From: Rhodobiaceae bacterium
Lineage (GTDB): Bacteria; Pseudomonadota; Alphaproteobacteria; Rhizobiales; JAKPQE01
Length of the DNA stretch: 64,000 bases
Direction of reading: 5' to 3'
NCBI GenBank assembly: GCA_028278505.1
Contig: JANQEG010000128.1
Location: forward strand, 16,047-80,046
Shown here: positions 17,977 to 26,556 of the stretch, piece after piece
Layout of the letters: every line of letters begins with the position of its first letter
How positions within the stretch are numbered: position 1 is the stretch's first letter
Notes under the pieces: generated by a model
Seen by the model: only the letters and a program-made list of their open reading frames with translations
What the model was told of the DNA's origin: nothing
Database searches by the model: none
Made by a program: the position numbers and the translations under genes

Positions 17977-18854
17977 TCGGCGGCCTTTCCGCCGATCAGC
18001 TCGGCCTCGGCGACGACCGGGTTGGCACAGATGCCGATCCCCTCGATTTCCACCTCGACCACTTCGCCGGGGCTGAGCCAGCGCGGCGGCGTTTTCGCGT
18101 GGCCGACGCCGGGCGGCGTGCCCATGGCGACCTGGTCGCCCGGGTTCAATGTGGCGAATTCCGAGATCGCCGCGATCGTCCGGGCGACCGACCACAGCAT
18201 GTCCGAGGTGGTCGCGCTTTGCAGGATTTCATCGCCGATGCGGGACTCGATCTTCAAACCCGCTCCGCCGGCCGGCAATTCGTCCGGGGTGACGACGACC
18301 GGGCCGATCGCGCCGGTGGCGTCGAAATTCTTTCCCGCCGTCCACTGATGGGTCTTGCGCTGATAGTCGCGCACCGAGCCGTCGTTGAAGAGCGTGTACC
18401 CGAAGACGTGGGCAAGGGCATCGGACTCGTCGATGTGCTTGCCGCCCTTGCCGATGATCACCATCAATTCGGCTTCATAGTCGAGCTGCTCGGAGCATTC
18501 CGGCCGCACCATCGGCGCGCCGGCCGGCGTCAGCGAATTCGGGCCGCGGATGAAGAAGGTTGGATATTCGGGAATGTCGTAGCCGCCCTCCTTGATGTGA
18601 TCCACATAGTTCAGCCCCAGGCAGATCGTCAGCCCGGGCGCGGCGACCGGCAGAGCCGGGACGATCGTCGACACCGGGACGGCCGCGCCGGAGCCGGCCA
18701 GCGCCTCAATTTCGGCGCGCGTTCTGCCGGCCTTGATCAGACCTTTGAGGTCCGTCCCGATCGCCGGATCGAGCGCGGTCAAATTGACGGCGGTCTCACC
18801 GGCAACAAGAAATACGGCCGTGTCGTCCGCAACGGTCCCGACTGTGAATCGCAT
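17973..18854 (-). CDS. Fumarylacetoacetate hydrolase (FAH)-family protein
   Basis: 'ICLGLNYVDHIKE', 'DYEAELMVIIGK', 'GYTLFNDGSVRDYQ' and 'ATLNPGDQVAMGTPPGVG' are FAH-fold motifs. ATG at 18854 is preceded by a GGGAGGGA SD. Confidence 0.85.
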   Translation of the reverse strand: MRFTVGTVADDTAVFLVAGETAVNLTALDPAIGTDLKGLIKAGRTRAEIEALAGSGAAVPVSTIVPALPVAAPGLTICLGLNYVDHIKEGGYDIPEYPTFFIRGPNSLTPAGAPMVRPECSEQLDYEAELMVIIGKGGKHIDESDALAHVFGYTLFNDGSVRDYQRKTHQWTAGKNFDATGAIGPVVVTPDELPAGGAGLKIESRIGDEILQSATTSDMLWSVARTIAAISEFATLNPGDQVAMGTPPGVGHAKTPPRWLSPGEVVEVEIEGIGICANPVVAEAELIGGKAAE

Positions 18855-18942
18855 TTGGTCCCTCCCCATCCACGTCTTTATTTTTGTCGATAAAATCGCT
18901 AAACGTCAAATTATTTCGATTATATCGAGGAAGGAAATCGAA

Positions 18943-19329
18943 ATGGTCGCCTGGTCCGAATATAAAAGCGCCGCCAAGGAGCGCGGCGCGCTCGCGCTCG
19001 AACTCTATGTCGTGATCAGCACGCCGGTCGCCCCGCCGGAGCGGCTCAAGCAGGTGCTGCCCGATCATCTCGATTATCAGGCGCGCCAGGAAGAAGCCGG
19101 GTTTCTGGCGTTTGCCGGACCGCTCTCCGATGAAACCGGCGAACACATGCAGGGCCGGGGCCTCATCATCTACCGGGCCGAGACGCTGGAGCAGGCGCGG
19201 GCGATCGCCGAAGGCGATCCGATGCACAGCTCAGGCGTCCGGGAATTCACGATCAGGCGCTGGCTGGTCAATGAAGGCTCGTTCTCGCTGAACGTCGGCT
19301 TGTCGTCCGGCAAGGTCGAATTCTTCTGA
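18943..19329 (+). CDS. YciI-family protein
   Basis: 128 aa. Contains 'HLDYQARQEEAGFLAFAGPL' and 'AEGDPMHSSGV', typical of YciI-like proteins. Confidence 0.7.
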   Translation: MVAWSEYKSAAKERGALALELYVVISTPVAPPERLKQVLPDHLDYQARQEEAGFLAFAGPLSDETGEHMQGRGLIIYRAETLEQARAIAEGDPMHSSGVREFTIRRWLVNEGSFSLNVGLSSGKVEFF

Positions 19330-19407
19330 CGGCCGAGAACCTGTTCCGGTGAAGGGCAGACGGGGGCGCGTCGTCTGCACCCGATCGCGAGACGGCGATG
19401 CCCGCGC

Positions 19408-20148
19408 CTATTGCGGCAGCCGCTGGTCCAGATCGCGCATCAGCGCGTCGATGCGCGGCACGTGGACGTGGCGGCCGGAGAACTCGGCGAGGCCTTCGGA
19501 TTCAAGCCGGCCGATGATGCGCGACAGGGTTTCGTGGCGGGTGCCGATCATCGAGGCGAGGTCGCGGCGCGACAGCGGCAGGTCGATCCGCCGGGCGCCG
19601 TCGTCGTCGATCTCGCCATGGTGCTTGATCAGCAGCAGCAGCACGTGGATGAAGCGGGCGCGATTGCACAGCGTCGCGTTCTTGATCAGCGCGTCGTGGG
19701 CCTTTTCCACGTCGTGGGTGGCGCGCCGGAAGAACCGGCGGCCGAGTTCGGGGTGGAGCTGCAGCAGCCGGCTGATGGTCGCGGCATCGATGAAACAGAT
19801 CACCGTCGGCCCCAGCGCCTCGGCCGAGGTCTTGTGGTCCTCGTCACAGAGGAACGAGCGATAGCCGAGCGTGTCGCCGGGATAGGCGAGGCCGAGCAGC
19901 ACCGAATTGCCGTGTTCATCGAGCTTGCGGATGCCGACCATGCCGCCGGAAATGCAGTGGATGCCGCGGTTCGACTCGCCCATGGCGTAGACGCTCTCGC
20001 CGGCGCCGAATTCGCGCCGGACAATGGCGTCTGACAGCGTCCGCAGCGCCGGCGCGGGAAGCGCGCTCCACTCCGTTCGTGTCAGGATATGGCAGATACT
20101 GCAGCTCACAGTACCCTGCCCCGTGCATCCCGGGCGCATCCCTTCCAT
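19408..20148 (-). CDS. Crp/FNR-family transcriptional regulator (FNR/FixK-like recognition helix)
   Basis: cNMP-binding-like beta-roll followed by a C-terminal HTH 'RHETLSRIIGRL', which carries the E--SR motif of FNR/FixK-class proteins. The N-terminus is Cys-rich ('CTGQGTVSCSIC'). The start could be 20148 or 20139. Confidence 0.85.
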   Translation of the reverse strand: MEGMRPGCTGQGTVSCSICHILTRTEWSALPAPALRTLSDAIVRREFGAGESVYAMGESNRGIHCISGGMVGIRKLDEHGNSVLLGLAYPGDTLGYRSFLCDEDHKTSAEALGPTVICFIDAATISRLLQLHPELGRRFFRRATHDVEKAHDALIKNATLCNRARFIHVLLLLIKHHGEIDDDGARRIDLPLSRRDLASMIGTRHETLSRIIGRLESEGLAEFSGRHVHVPRIDALMRDLDQRLPQ

Positions 20149-20318
20149 CCCCTACCGGCCTCGGTTTTTTAAGAAGCGGCCGGATTTTTGATGAATCTAC
20201 AGGCCGCAGCCGCCAAAGGCCAATATCGAAAATCGTCGTACCCGGTCATCCGCCGCGGGTTCGCGGCTGGCGAACGCCGCGGCACGGTTCACTACAGCAG
20301 TTCGCGCGGCATCGAAAA

Positions 20319-20332
20319 TTGACAATCGTCAA
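20319..20332. promoter_or_regulatory. FixK/FNR-type box TTGAC-N4-GTCAA in a divergent intergenic region
   Basis: Perfect palindrome 'ttgacaatcgtcaa'. It lies about 177 nt from the fnr-like start (20148) and about 178 nt from the cytochrome c start (20504). Confidence 0.5.
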
Positions 20333-20503
20333 CTGGAGAAGGCCGAATTTACCTATAGGATTTGGTGGAATGGCGGCGTCCGCTTCAGCGGCGCCGGAGA
20401 ATGAACAGGCGCGGCCGCCCCGCAATCCGATCCCGCGCAAATGGGGGAGTTGGCGGGCGGATTGCGACATGATGCCGCGCAAACCGGCGGAGGAGATCGT
20501 AAA

Positions 20504-20959
20504 ATGATGGCTCGGTTGATCTCCTATGCGGCGGCGCTCCTGGTGATCGTCGTCGTTGCCGCCGGGCTCTACTGGGCGCTTGGAACCGAGCCGGCGGAGA
20601 CCGGTACGCTGGTTGAAAAGGCGTATGGTCCGGGCGGCGCCCAGTTCACTTTCAAGGAGGATGTTATCGGCCGCGACGGGGCGCTCGGCGGCTGCGTCGT
20701 CTGCCATTCGCTCGAGGCGGGCGGGCCGCGCCGCGTCGCGCCCAATCTCTACGGCATCGTCGGCGCAGCGAAGGCGCGGGACCGCTCCTACAATTACTCG
20801 ACGGTGCTCGCCGAGGCCGGCGGCGACTGGACCGAGGGTGATCTCGATTCCTATCTGAAGCGGCCGGCCGCATTCCTGCCGGGCACCAAGAAGACGCTGA
20901 TCGGCATTGCCGACGACGCCGCGCGCAGCGAGATCATCGATGCGCTGAAGGCGGAATAG
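20504..20959 (+). CDS. Membrane-anchored c-type cytochrome
   Basis: N-terminal TM helix 'LISYAAALLVIVVVAAGLYWAL'. Haem-binding 'CVVCH'. 'APNLYGIVG' and 'PGTKK' are typical of class I cytochrome c. GGAGGAG SD upstream of the ATG. Confidence 0.8.
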   Translation: MMARLISYAAALLVIVVVAAGLYWALGTEPAETGTLVEKAYGPGGAQFTFKEDVIGRDGALGGCVVCHSLEAGGPRRVAPNLYGIVGAAKARDRSYNYSTVLAEAGGDWTEGDLDSYLKRPAAFLPGTKKTLIGIADDAARSEIIDALKAE

Positions 20960-21045
20960 GGCGCGGGGCGCGACGGCAAGAGGATCACGTCTCCGGGATC
21001 ACATAGTGCTGGCCCATTGAGGCTCTCGCGCTCCGTTCCGAAGCC

Positions 21046-21092
21046 GTTCTCTCCCGTCATCACCGGGCTTGTCCCGGTGATCCATGAGGCCT
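21046..21092 (-). repeat. Partial copy of the composite hairpin repeat (hairpin 'caccgggcttgtcccggtg')
   Basis: The reverse complement resembles the 'ccaatggaccacccggacaagccgggtgg' core of the elements at 35452-35618 and 59311-59482. Confidence 0.45.
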
Positions 21093-21627
21093 AACAGTTT
21101 GAAAACAAATCAGCTTGGATTGCCGGGACAAGCCCGGCAATGACGCCGGTGGTGGGGCAGCGTCATTCGCGCAGGCGCCCACACCACCCGCCGTTCCCGC
21201 CTGCGCGTTAGGGGATGCACAGATCTCAAAAGCCTCATACCAGCACGACATCGATCGATCGCCTGACGCGTCGGATTTCAGGAAATATCCCTGTTCGAAG
21301 GTCGCCGAATTGATGCGATGGTCAGTTGGCGCGGCCTTGCCTCTGCCCACCGTTCCCGCGAAAAGCCTGTCCCCGCGCAGGCGGGGACGGGAATCCAATT
21401 ATCCCCTCAACACGCTCCGTCCTCGGCTGTTGCGGATTGAAGAGTCGACTGACAAAACGAGCGCCAATAGGGTCGGATTGGCCAATGGGCACCCGCTTCC
21501 GCGGGTGAGGTGCCAAGAGGCTGTCCTTACGCGCAGATTTCTCGCGCCCAGAGCGGCGCAAATCGGCAAGAAGTGTGCATCCCCTAGCGCTTCACGCGGG
21601 GAAGGTGCGGATCGGGAGGCAATTGGG

Positions 21628-21744
21628 CAATCCAATCGCCGTCCGACCCCCGGAAGCGCCCGGATAGAACGCATTGATCAAATCGACAAGCCAATGGACC
21701 GCCCGGACAAGCCGGGCGGTGACGAAGACGGGAAAGGTGGTGAT
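21628..21744 (+). repeat. Degenerate copy of the ~170-bp composite repeat
   Basis: 'gggcaatccaatcgcc...gcattgatcaaatcgacaagccaatggaccgcccggacaagccgggcggtgacgaagacgggaaaggtggtga' is collinear with 35476-35600. Confidence 0.5.
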
Positions 21745-21856
21745 ACCCGGGCGAAGCGTGGAACCCGTTGTCCCGCGACAACTCCGGCCGCGAAAGCGTC
21801 ATTGACATGATCGCCTGCGGCAACGGCGCCGAATTGGACCCGACAGCAATCGGCGA

Positions 21857-22723
21857 TCACACGAAGGCGGCGCCGTCCGGGTGCTCGCGCAGAAGCGCGG
21901 CCTTGAGCTTCTCCAGCGCCCGGTTCTCGATCTGGCGGACGCGCTCCTTGGAAATGCCGAGCTTCTGGCCGAGCGCCTCGAGCGTCACCGTTTCGTCGGA
22001 CAGGCGGCGTTCGCGGACGATGTCGAGCTCGCGCTCGTTGAGCACGCCAAGCGCCGCCTTGAGCCAGGCCGACCGGCGCTCGCCGTCGATCGCCTCGCCG
22101 ATCGTCTCGTCCTGCAGCGGCCGGTCGCAGACCAGGAAGTCCATGCGGTCGGCACTGGTGCCGTCGGACTCGTTGACCGGAATGTTGAGCGAGGCGTCGG
22201 GGCCGGAAAGCCGCGAATCCATCTTCGCCACCTCGTCGGGCGAAACACCGATCGCGGCGGCGATCTCGGTGTACATCTGCGAGGCCGGCATCGGTTCGCT
22301 GCCCTGGGACAGGCGCGCCCGCAGCCGGCGCAGATTGAAGAACAGCGCCTTCTGCGTCGAACTCGTGCCGCCGCGCACGATCGACCAGTTTCGCAGGATG
22401 TAGTCCTGGATCGAGGCGCGGATCCACCACGTCGCGTAGGTGGAAAAACGGACATTGCGCTCGGGCTCAAACCGGGCGGCCGCCTCCAACAGGCCGACAT
22501 GGCCCTCCTGGATGAGATCGCTCATCGGCAGCCCGAAATTGCGGAACCGCGCGGCCAGCGCGATGACCAGCCGCATATGCGCCGAGGTCAGGCGATGCAG
22601 CGCCGCATCGTCATTGTTGCTGCGCCAGCGGACGGCCAAATCGTGCTCCTCATCCCGCTCGAGATAGGGGGCCTCCATCGCCGCCTTGACGAACATCCGC
22701 CGCGTGCTCATCGATCTGGACAT
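21857..22723 (-). CDS. rpoH: RNA polymerase sigma-32 (heat-shock sigma factor)
   Basis: Contains the RpoH box 'QKALFFNLRRLR' plus sigma-70 regions 2 and 4 ('DLIQEGHVGLLEAAARFEP', 'ISKERVRQIENRALEKLK'). Confidence 0.9.
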   Translation of the reverse strand: MSRSMSTRRMFVKAAMEAPYLERDEEHDLAVRWRSNNDDAALHRLTSAHMRLVIALAARFRNFGLPMSDLIQEGHVGLLEAAARFEPERNVRFSTYATWWIRASIQDYILRNWSIVRGGTSSTQKALFFNLRRLRARLSQGSEPMPASQMYTEIAAAIGVSPDEVAKMDSRLSGPDASLNIPVNESDGTSADRMDFLVCDRPLQDETIGEAIDGERRSAWLKAALGVLNERELDIVRERRLSDETVTLEALGQKLGISKERVRQIENRALEKLKAALLREHPDGAAFV

Positions 22724-22976
22724 CTCAGGCCTCGCTTAATCGTTAATGATCCCTCTTCACCGGCTTACTACGGCCGTCCGTGCCGATCGGATCATATTTT
22801 ATAATTCTTATAATGTGCAGTTTTAACGGCTGCCGGCAGTGAAGGCAATACACGAGCGCGTGTACGAAAAAGGCCCGGCGCTGAACCGGGCCTTCCTCGC
22901 GTCTCTTTATGGTCTCGTTATGGTCTCGCGGGAGCGGGGAATCCTGCGCCTTTTCAGGCGCTTGCCGCTCCCGGCG

Positions 22977-23549
22977 TCAGGCCGCCTCTTCCTGGGCTTC
23001 GTCGGTTTCGTCGGCCGATTTCTGGTTCCGCTTCGGGCTCTTTTCCAGGTTCTGCTCGATCTTGCGGATCACCTCGGTCTCGGTGATCTTGGCGACCGCG
23101 GCGATCTCGCGGGCCATCCGGTCGAGCGCCGCCTCGTAGAGCTGGCGTTCGCTGTAGGACTGTTCGGGCTGGGTGTCGGACCGATAGAGGTCGCGCACCA
23201 CTTCGGCGATCGAAATCAGATCGCCGGAGTTGATCTTGGTCTCGTATTCCTGCGCCCGGCGGCTCCACATGGTGCGCTTGATGCGCGCGCGGCCGCGGAC
23301 GATCTCATAGGCCTTTTCCACGAGATCCGGCTCGGACAGCTTGCGCATGCCGACGGTCTTGATCTTGGCGATCGGCACCCGTAGCGTCATCTTGTCTTTT
23401 TCGAAGTTGATCACGAACAGCTCGAGCTTGATCCCGGCGATCTCCTGCTCTTCGATGTCCACGATCTGGCCGACTCCATGCGCCGGATAGACGATGAATT
23501 CATTCGTCTTGAAGCCCTGACGCTGTGCGACCTTCTTTGCGGTTGCCAT
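22977..23549 (-). CDS. carD: CarD-family transcriptional regulator
   Basis: 'FKTNEFIVYPAHGVGQIVDIEEQEIAGIKLELFVINF' is the CarD/TRCF RNAP-interaction domain. The long upstream ORF extension was rejected (ATG at 23549). Confidence 0.9.
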   Translation of the reverse strand: MATAKKVAQRQGFKTNEFIVYPAHGVGQIVDIEEQEIAGIKLELFVINFEKDKMTLRVPIAKIKTVGMRKLSEPDLVEKAYEIVRGRARIKRTMWSRRAQEYETKINSGDLISIAEVVRDLYRSDTQPEQSYSERQLYEAALDRMAREIAAVAKITETEVIRKIEQNLEKSPKRNQKSADETDEAQEEAA

Positions 23550-23981
23550 ACTCCGGTATACTCCTGCATCTGGTCCGGCACCCGGGCGCGGCCCGGTCCG
23601 GCTCATTGTTTGCCTCCGCCGCTGAGGCGCGCCTGTCTCGTGCGCCCCTTCCAGCGAAGCGCAATCGCCGTCGGTCATTGCCCGGCGCCCGAGGTTTTCA
23701 GTCGAGGTGAGATGTGCTTCCGTTTTGCAGCAACGCAAGGTCTTGCGTCATTCAAATTTCCTGCCGAGCCGTTTCGAACAAAAATACTGCCCCCGGGATG
23801 GGGGCGCTGCGGTGCGGCAAGCACAAATCGACTGTGTCGTGCCTTATACCACGAATCAGTCGATTTTCAAAGGGATAACGGAATAAACCTTAATGCTCCG
23901 GCGGGTTTGCCCGGGAATATGACGATCTTATTGCATTGCAACATATTCACCGGCGACGGTGTTGCGCCGCCGGTCACCACC

Positions 23982-24320
23982 TCAGTCGCCTTCGCCGGGC
24001 GCGGCGGAGAAATATTTCTCCATCTTGCCCTCTTCGCCGTCGAACTCCGCGGCATCGGCGGGCGGTTCCTTCTTCTGGGTGATGTTCGGCCACTTGCCGG
24101 CATATTCGGCGTTGATCTCGACCCAGCGCTCCAACCCGTCTTCGGTATCCGGCTTGATCGCTTCGGCGGGACATTCCGGTTCGCAGACGCCGCAGTCGAT
24201 GCACTCATCCGGGTGGATGACGAGCATGTTTTCGCCTTCATAGAAGCAGTCGACCGGGCAGACCTCGACGCAGTCCGTATATTTACATTTGATGCAGTTG
24301 TCGGTGACGACATAAGTCAT
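23982..24320 (-). CDS. fdxA: 7Fe ferredoxin (FdxA type)
   Basis: '[51 protein letters not shown]' is the canonical [3Fe-4S][4Fe-4S] ferredoxin sequence. Confidence 0.9.
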   Translation of the reverse strand: MTYVVTDNCIKCKYTDCVEVCPVDCFYEGENMLVIHPDECIDCGVCEPECPAEAIKPDTEDGLERWVEINAEYAGKWPNITQKKEPPADAAEFDGEEGKMEKYFSAAPGEGD

Positions 24321-24551
24321 CGTTGCTCTCCAGGACGTCTCACGCAATGCGACCGGCGCGGCGCCCCGAGAGCGCGGCCGGCCAACACGGCAGGTTAGCT
24401 AGCCGGTTTAGACGCCGGACGCAACCACCTGCGGCATCGCGTCCGACTGCATTTTCGCGACAATGCGATTGTCCTGATTTATGACGATACGTGACACGAC
24501 TCTTTCTGTACAAAAGGTCGGAATACAATCATAGGGCATTGGGATGGGTCC

Positions 24552-25262
24552 ATGTTCGAGATCTTCAAGGTTATGGGCCGGGAGCTGAAAGAACCGGACT
24601 TCACACCGATCGTCGACAAGGCGATTACGCTCTTTGCCGTCTATACCGGCGCGACGCTGACATTCTTTGTCAAAGGGTTTCTGTTTTCGGAAAAGAATTT
24701 TAATGATTTCAATAGCCTGTCGGACTGGATAGAGAATTGGCATCTGTATGCGACGATTGCCGTCGCGGCTCTGCTGCTGCGCTACATCATCGGCAGCGCA
24801 GCACATTTGCGCCACACCTATATTCCCAAAACGATCAAAGAGACTGCAGAGGACGGAACGATAACCGAAAGGAAAGGACCCTACTCGAAGGACATCTCAT
24901 CATTATTCTTCGACCTTCTATATCTATTCGTGTTCGGTTTGCTCGCCATATTTATAACGATCAGCACCGACAACATCAGTGATTTGATGCACGCATCGCT
25001 CTATCTGCTCGTGGCGGGGGCGGTATGGTCGGTGTTCGGACTGGGTCGACCCGGCCAGGGTTGGATCGCGCGGGCATGGCTTGAAATCGACGCGGTACAA
25101 ATCGTGCTCACCCTCGGGATCATCTTCCTTCCGGACGTGGTCCCCGGCGTCACCGAGGTGTTTCAGGCGGTGCTGCTCAGCGCCCTCTTTCTCGTCGCCC
25201 TGTTCATCGACATCAAGATCGTCACGGCCATGGTCAGTGAGAAACCGCCCAAGGACGCTTAG
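24552..25262 (+). CDS. Hypothetical polytopic membrane protein (~6 TM), no recognisable family
   Basis: 236-codon ORF with six hydrophobic segments. It has visibly lower GC and more A/T-ending codons than its neighbours. Confidence 0.55.
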   Translation: MFEIFKVMGRELKEPDFTPIVDKAITLFAVYTGATLTFFVKGFLFSEKNFNDFNSLSDWIENWHLYATIAVAALLLRYIIGSAAHLRHTYIPKTIKETAEDGTITERKGPYSKDISSLFFDLLYLFVFGLLAIFITISTDNISDLMHASLYLLVAGAVWSVFGLGRPGQGWIARAWLEIDAVQIVLTLGIIFLPDVVPGVTEVFQAVLLSALFLVALFIDIKIVTAMVSEKPPKDA

Positions 25263-25392
25263 AATTTATCGTCTGCGTTCTGAGACCAAGCGGAATTGAC
25301 CGCAATTCACGATAAGCTGACGACCGAACGGTATCGTCGTCATCGATTCAGTCCGGGGCGGCAAAAAGAACACTGCCGTGCCGGCAGGCTTT

Positions 25393-25537
25393 ACCCTCCC
25401 CCTTGTGGGGAGGGTGGACGGCGCGTTAGCGCCGGCCGGGTGGGGGTAAAACCGAAACAGCGACAATCACCCGAAGGTATTGTTTTTCTTTTCTTTCTAA
25501 CCCCCACCCCCGACCCCTCTCCACAAGGGGGAGGGGA
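25393..25537. repeat. Bipartite GC-rich hairpin repeat (REP-like), copy 2
   Basis: Hairpins 'accctcccccttgtggggagggt' (25393-25415) and 'cccctctccacaagggggagggg' (25515-25537). The spacing and T-rich spacer end match the copy at 3239-3388. Confidence 0.55.
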
Positions 25538-25711
25538 GCGGTGCTGCAATCTCGTTATTCTTTCGCGGCCGTCATTGCGAGTGGAACGTGGCAGCCCAGT
25601 TCATTGATTTGTTTCACGGGATTGCCGCGGCGCCTGTCGGCGCCTCGCAATGACGGCGCCGGGTTCGCCTGTAATGCCAATCGGCCGTTGAAAGCGCCGC
25701 TTGGTATGACG

Positions 25712-26149
25712 TCACGTCCGGCGTTCCAGCGCCGCCAGTTCGCCGAGCAGGGCGTCGACGACGCCATCCATATCGGCCGCCGAAAAATCCAGGGGCGGCC
25801 GGCTTGCCGAGGCCGAGAGCATCGGGTTGAAGCTCGCCCGGCCCTCCTTGTCGGCGGCGCGGAAATCGGTGCGGAAGACGAGACAAGGCTTGTCCCGGCC
25901 ATAGGCGTAGCCGCATTCCCATGCGGTGCCGGAATCCGGGTCCGGCCCGTCCATATTGGCGACCACCACATCGGCGCGGTCGATCGCGGCGACATCGTCG
26001 ACGAAGATGTCGCGGGCGGTCTTGTCCGCGGTCTCGAACTCCTGGGGCAGCAGCACCTCGTGGCCCGCCTGGCGCAGGCGGTCGGCGAGGTCCGCGTTAA
26101 AGCGGCGTTCGGCCAGGGTGAAGAGCGGTCCGGCAAGATAGATGATCAT
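25712..26149 (-). CDS. Nucleoside 2-deoxyribosyltransferase-family protein
   Basis: 'MIIYLAGPLFT' N-terminus and 'DSGTAWECGYA' (catalytic Glu context) are typical of the family. The start overlaps the S4 gene's stop. Confidence 0.8.
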   Translation of the reverse strand: MIIYLAGPLFTLAERRFNADLADRLRQAGHEVLLPQEFETADKTARDIFVDDVAAIDRADVVVANMDGPDPDSGTAWECGYAYGRDKPCLVFRTDFRAADKEGRASFNPMLSASASRPPLDFSAADMDGVVDALLGELAALERRT

Positions 26150-26556
26150 GGCAACAGGTCCTTGTCGACAGCATCGCGCAGCCGGTCGATCCGGCGCCGG
26201 TCGCGCTTGGTCGGGCGTCCGGTTCCGGCGTCGCGCCGGCCCGGCTCGGCGGGCAGCGGCGGCGGCAGCGGCGGCGGCGACAGATCGGTATAGAGCCCTT
26301 GCGCCTCCGCCGCCGGCCCGCGCCGCTTGCCGAGGTCCTCGATCCGAAGCACCAGGACCCGCCGGCCGAGGCCGATCGTCAGCACGTCGCCGATCCTGAC
26401 CGGGCGGCTGACCGTCGTGGTCTTCTCCCGGTTGAGGCGGACGCGGCCCTCGGCGATCAGCTTCTGTGCGCGGCTGCGGGTCTTCGCCACCCGGGCGTAC
26501 CACAGCCATTTGTCAAGGCGCTGCCGAGGGCCCGCCATGGCCGGTGCATCAGCCAT
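26146..26556 (-). CDS. RNA-binding S4-domain protein (Hsp15-like)
   Basis: 'QRLDKWLWYARVAKTRSRAQKLIAEGRVRLN' is an S4 domain. It is followed by a Pro-rich basic tail. The alternative start is 26538. Confidence 0.8.
   Translation of the reverse strand: MADAPAMAGPRQRLDKWLWYARVAKTRSRAQKLIAEGRVRLNREKTTTVSRPVRIGDVLTIGLGRRVLVLRIEDLGKRRGPAAEAQGLYTDLSPPPLPPPLPAEPGRRDAGTGRPTKRDRRRIDRLRDAVDKDLLP

Noticed and set aside
21115-22430. ORFs of 231 aa (+) and 250 aa (-) in the cyt c-rpoH intergenic region.
   Set aside because: They are read-through translations of REP and hairpin repeats (for example 'PDKPGGDEDG') and of rpoH antisense. The same peptide snippets appear wherever the repeats occur.
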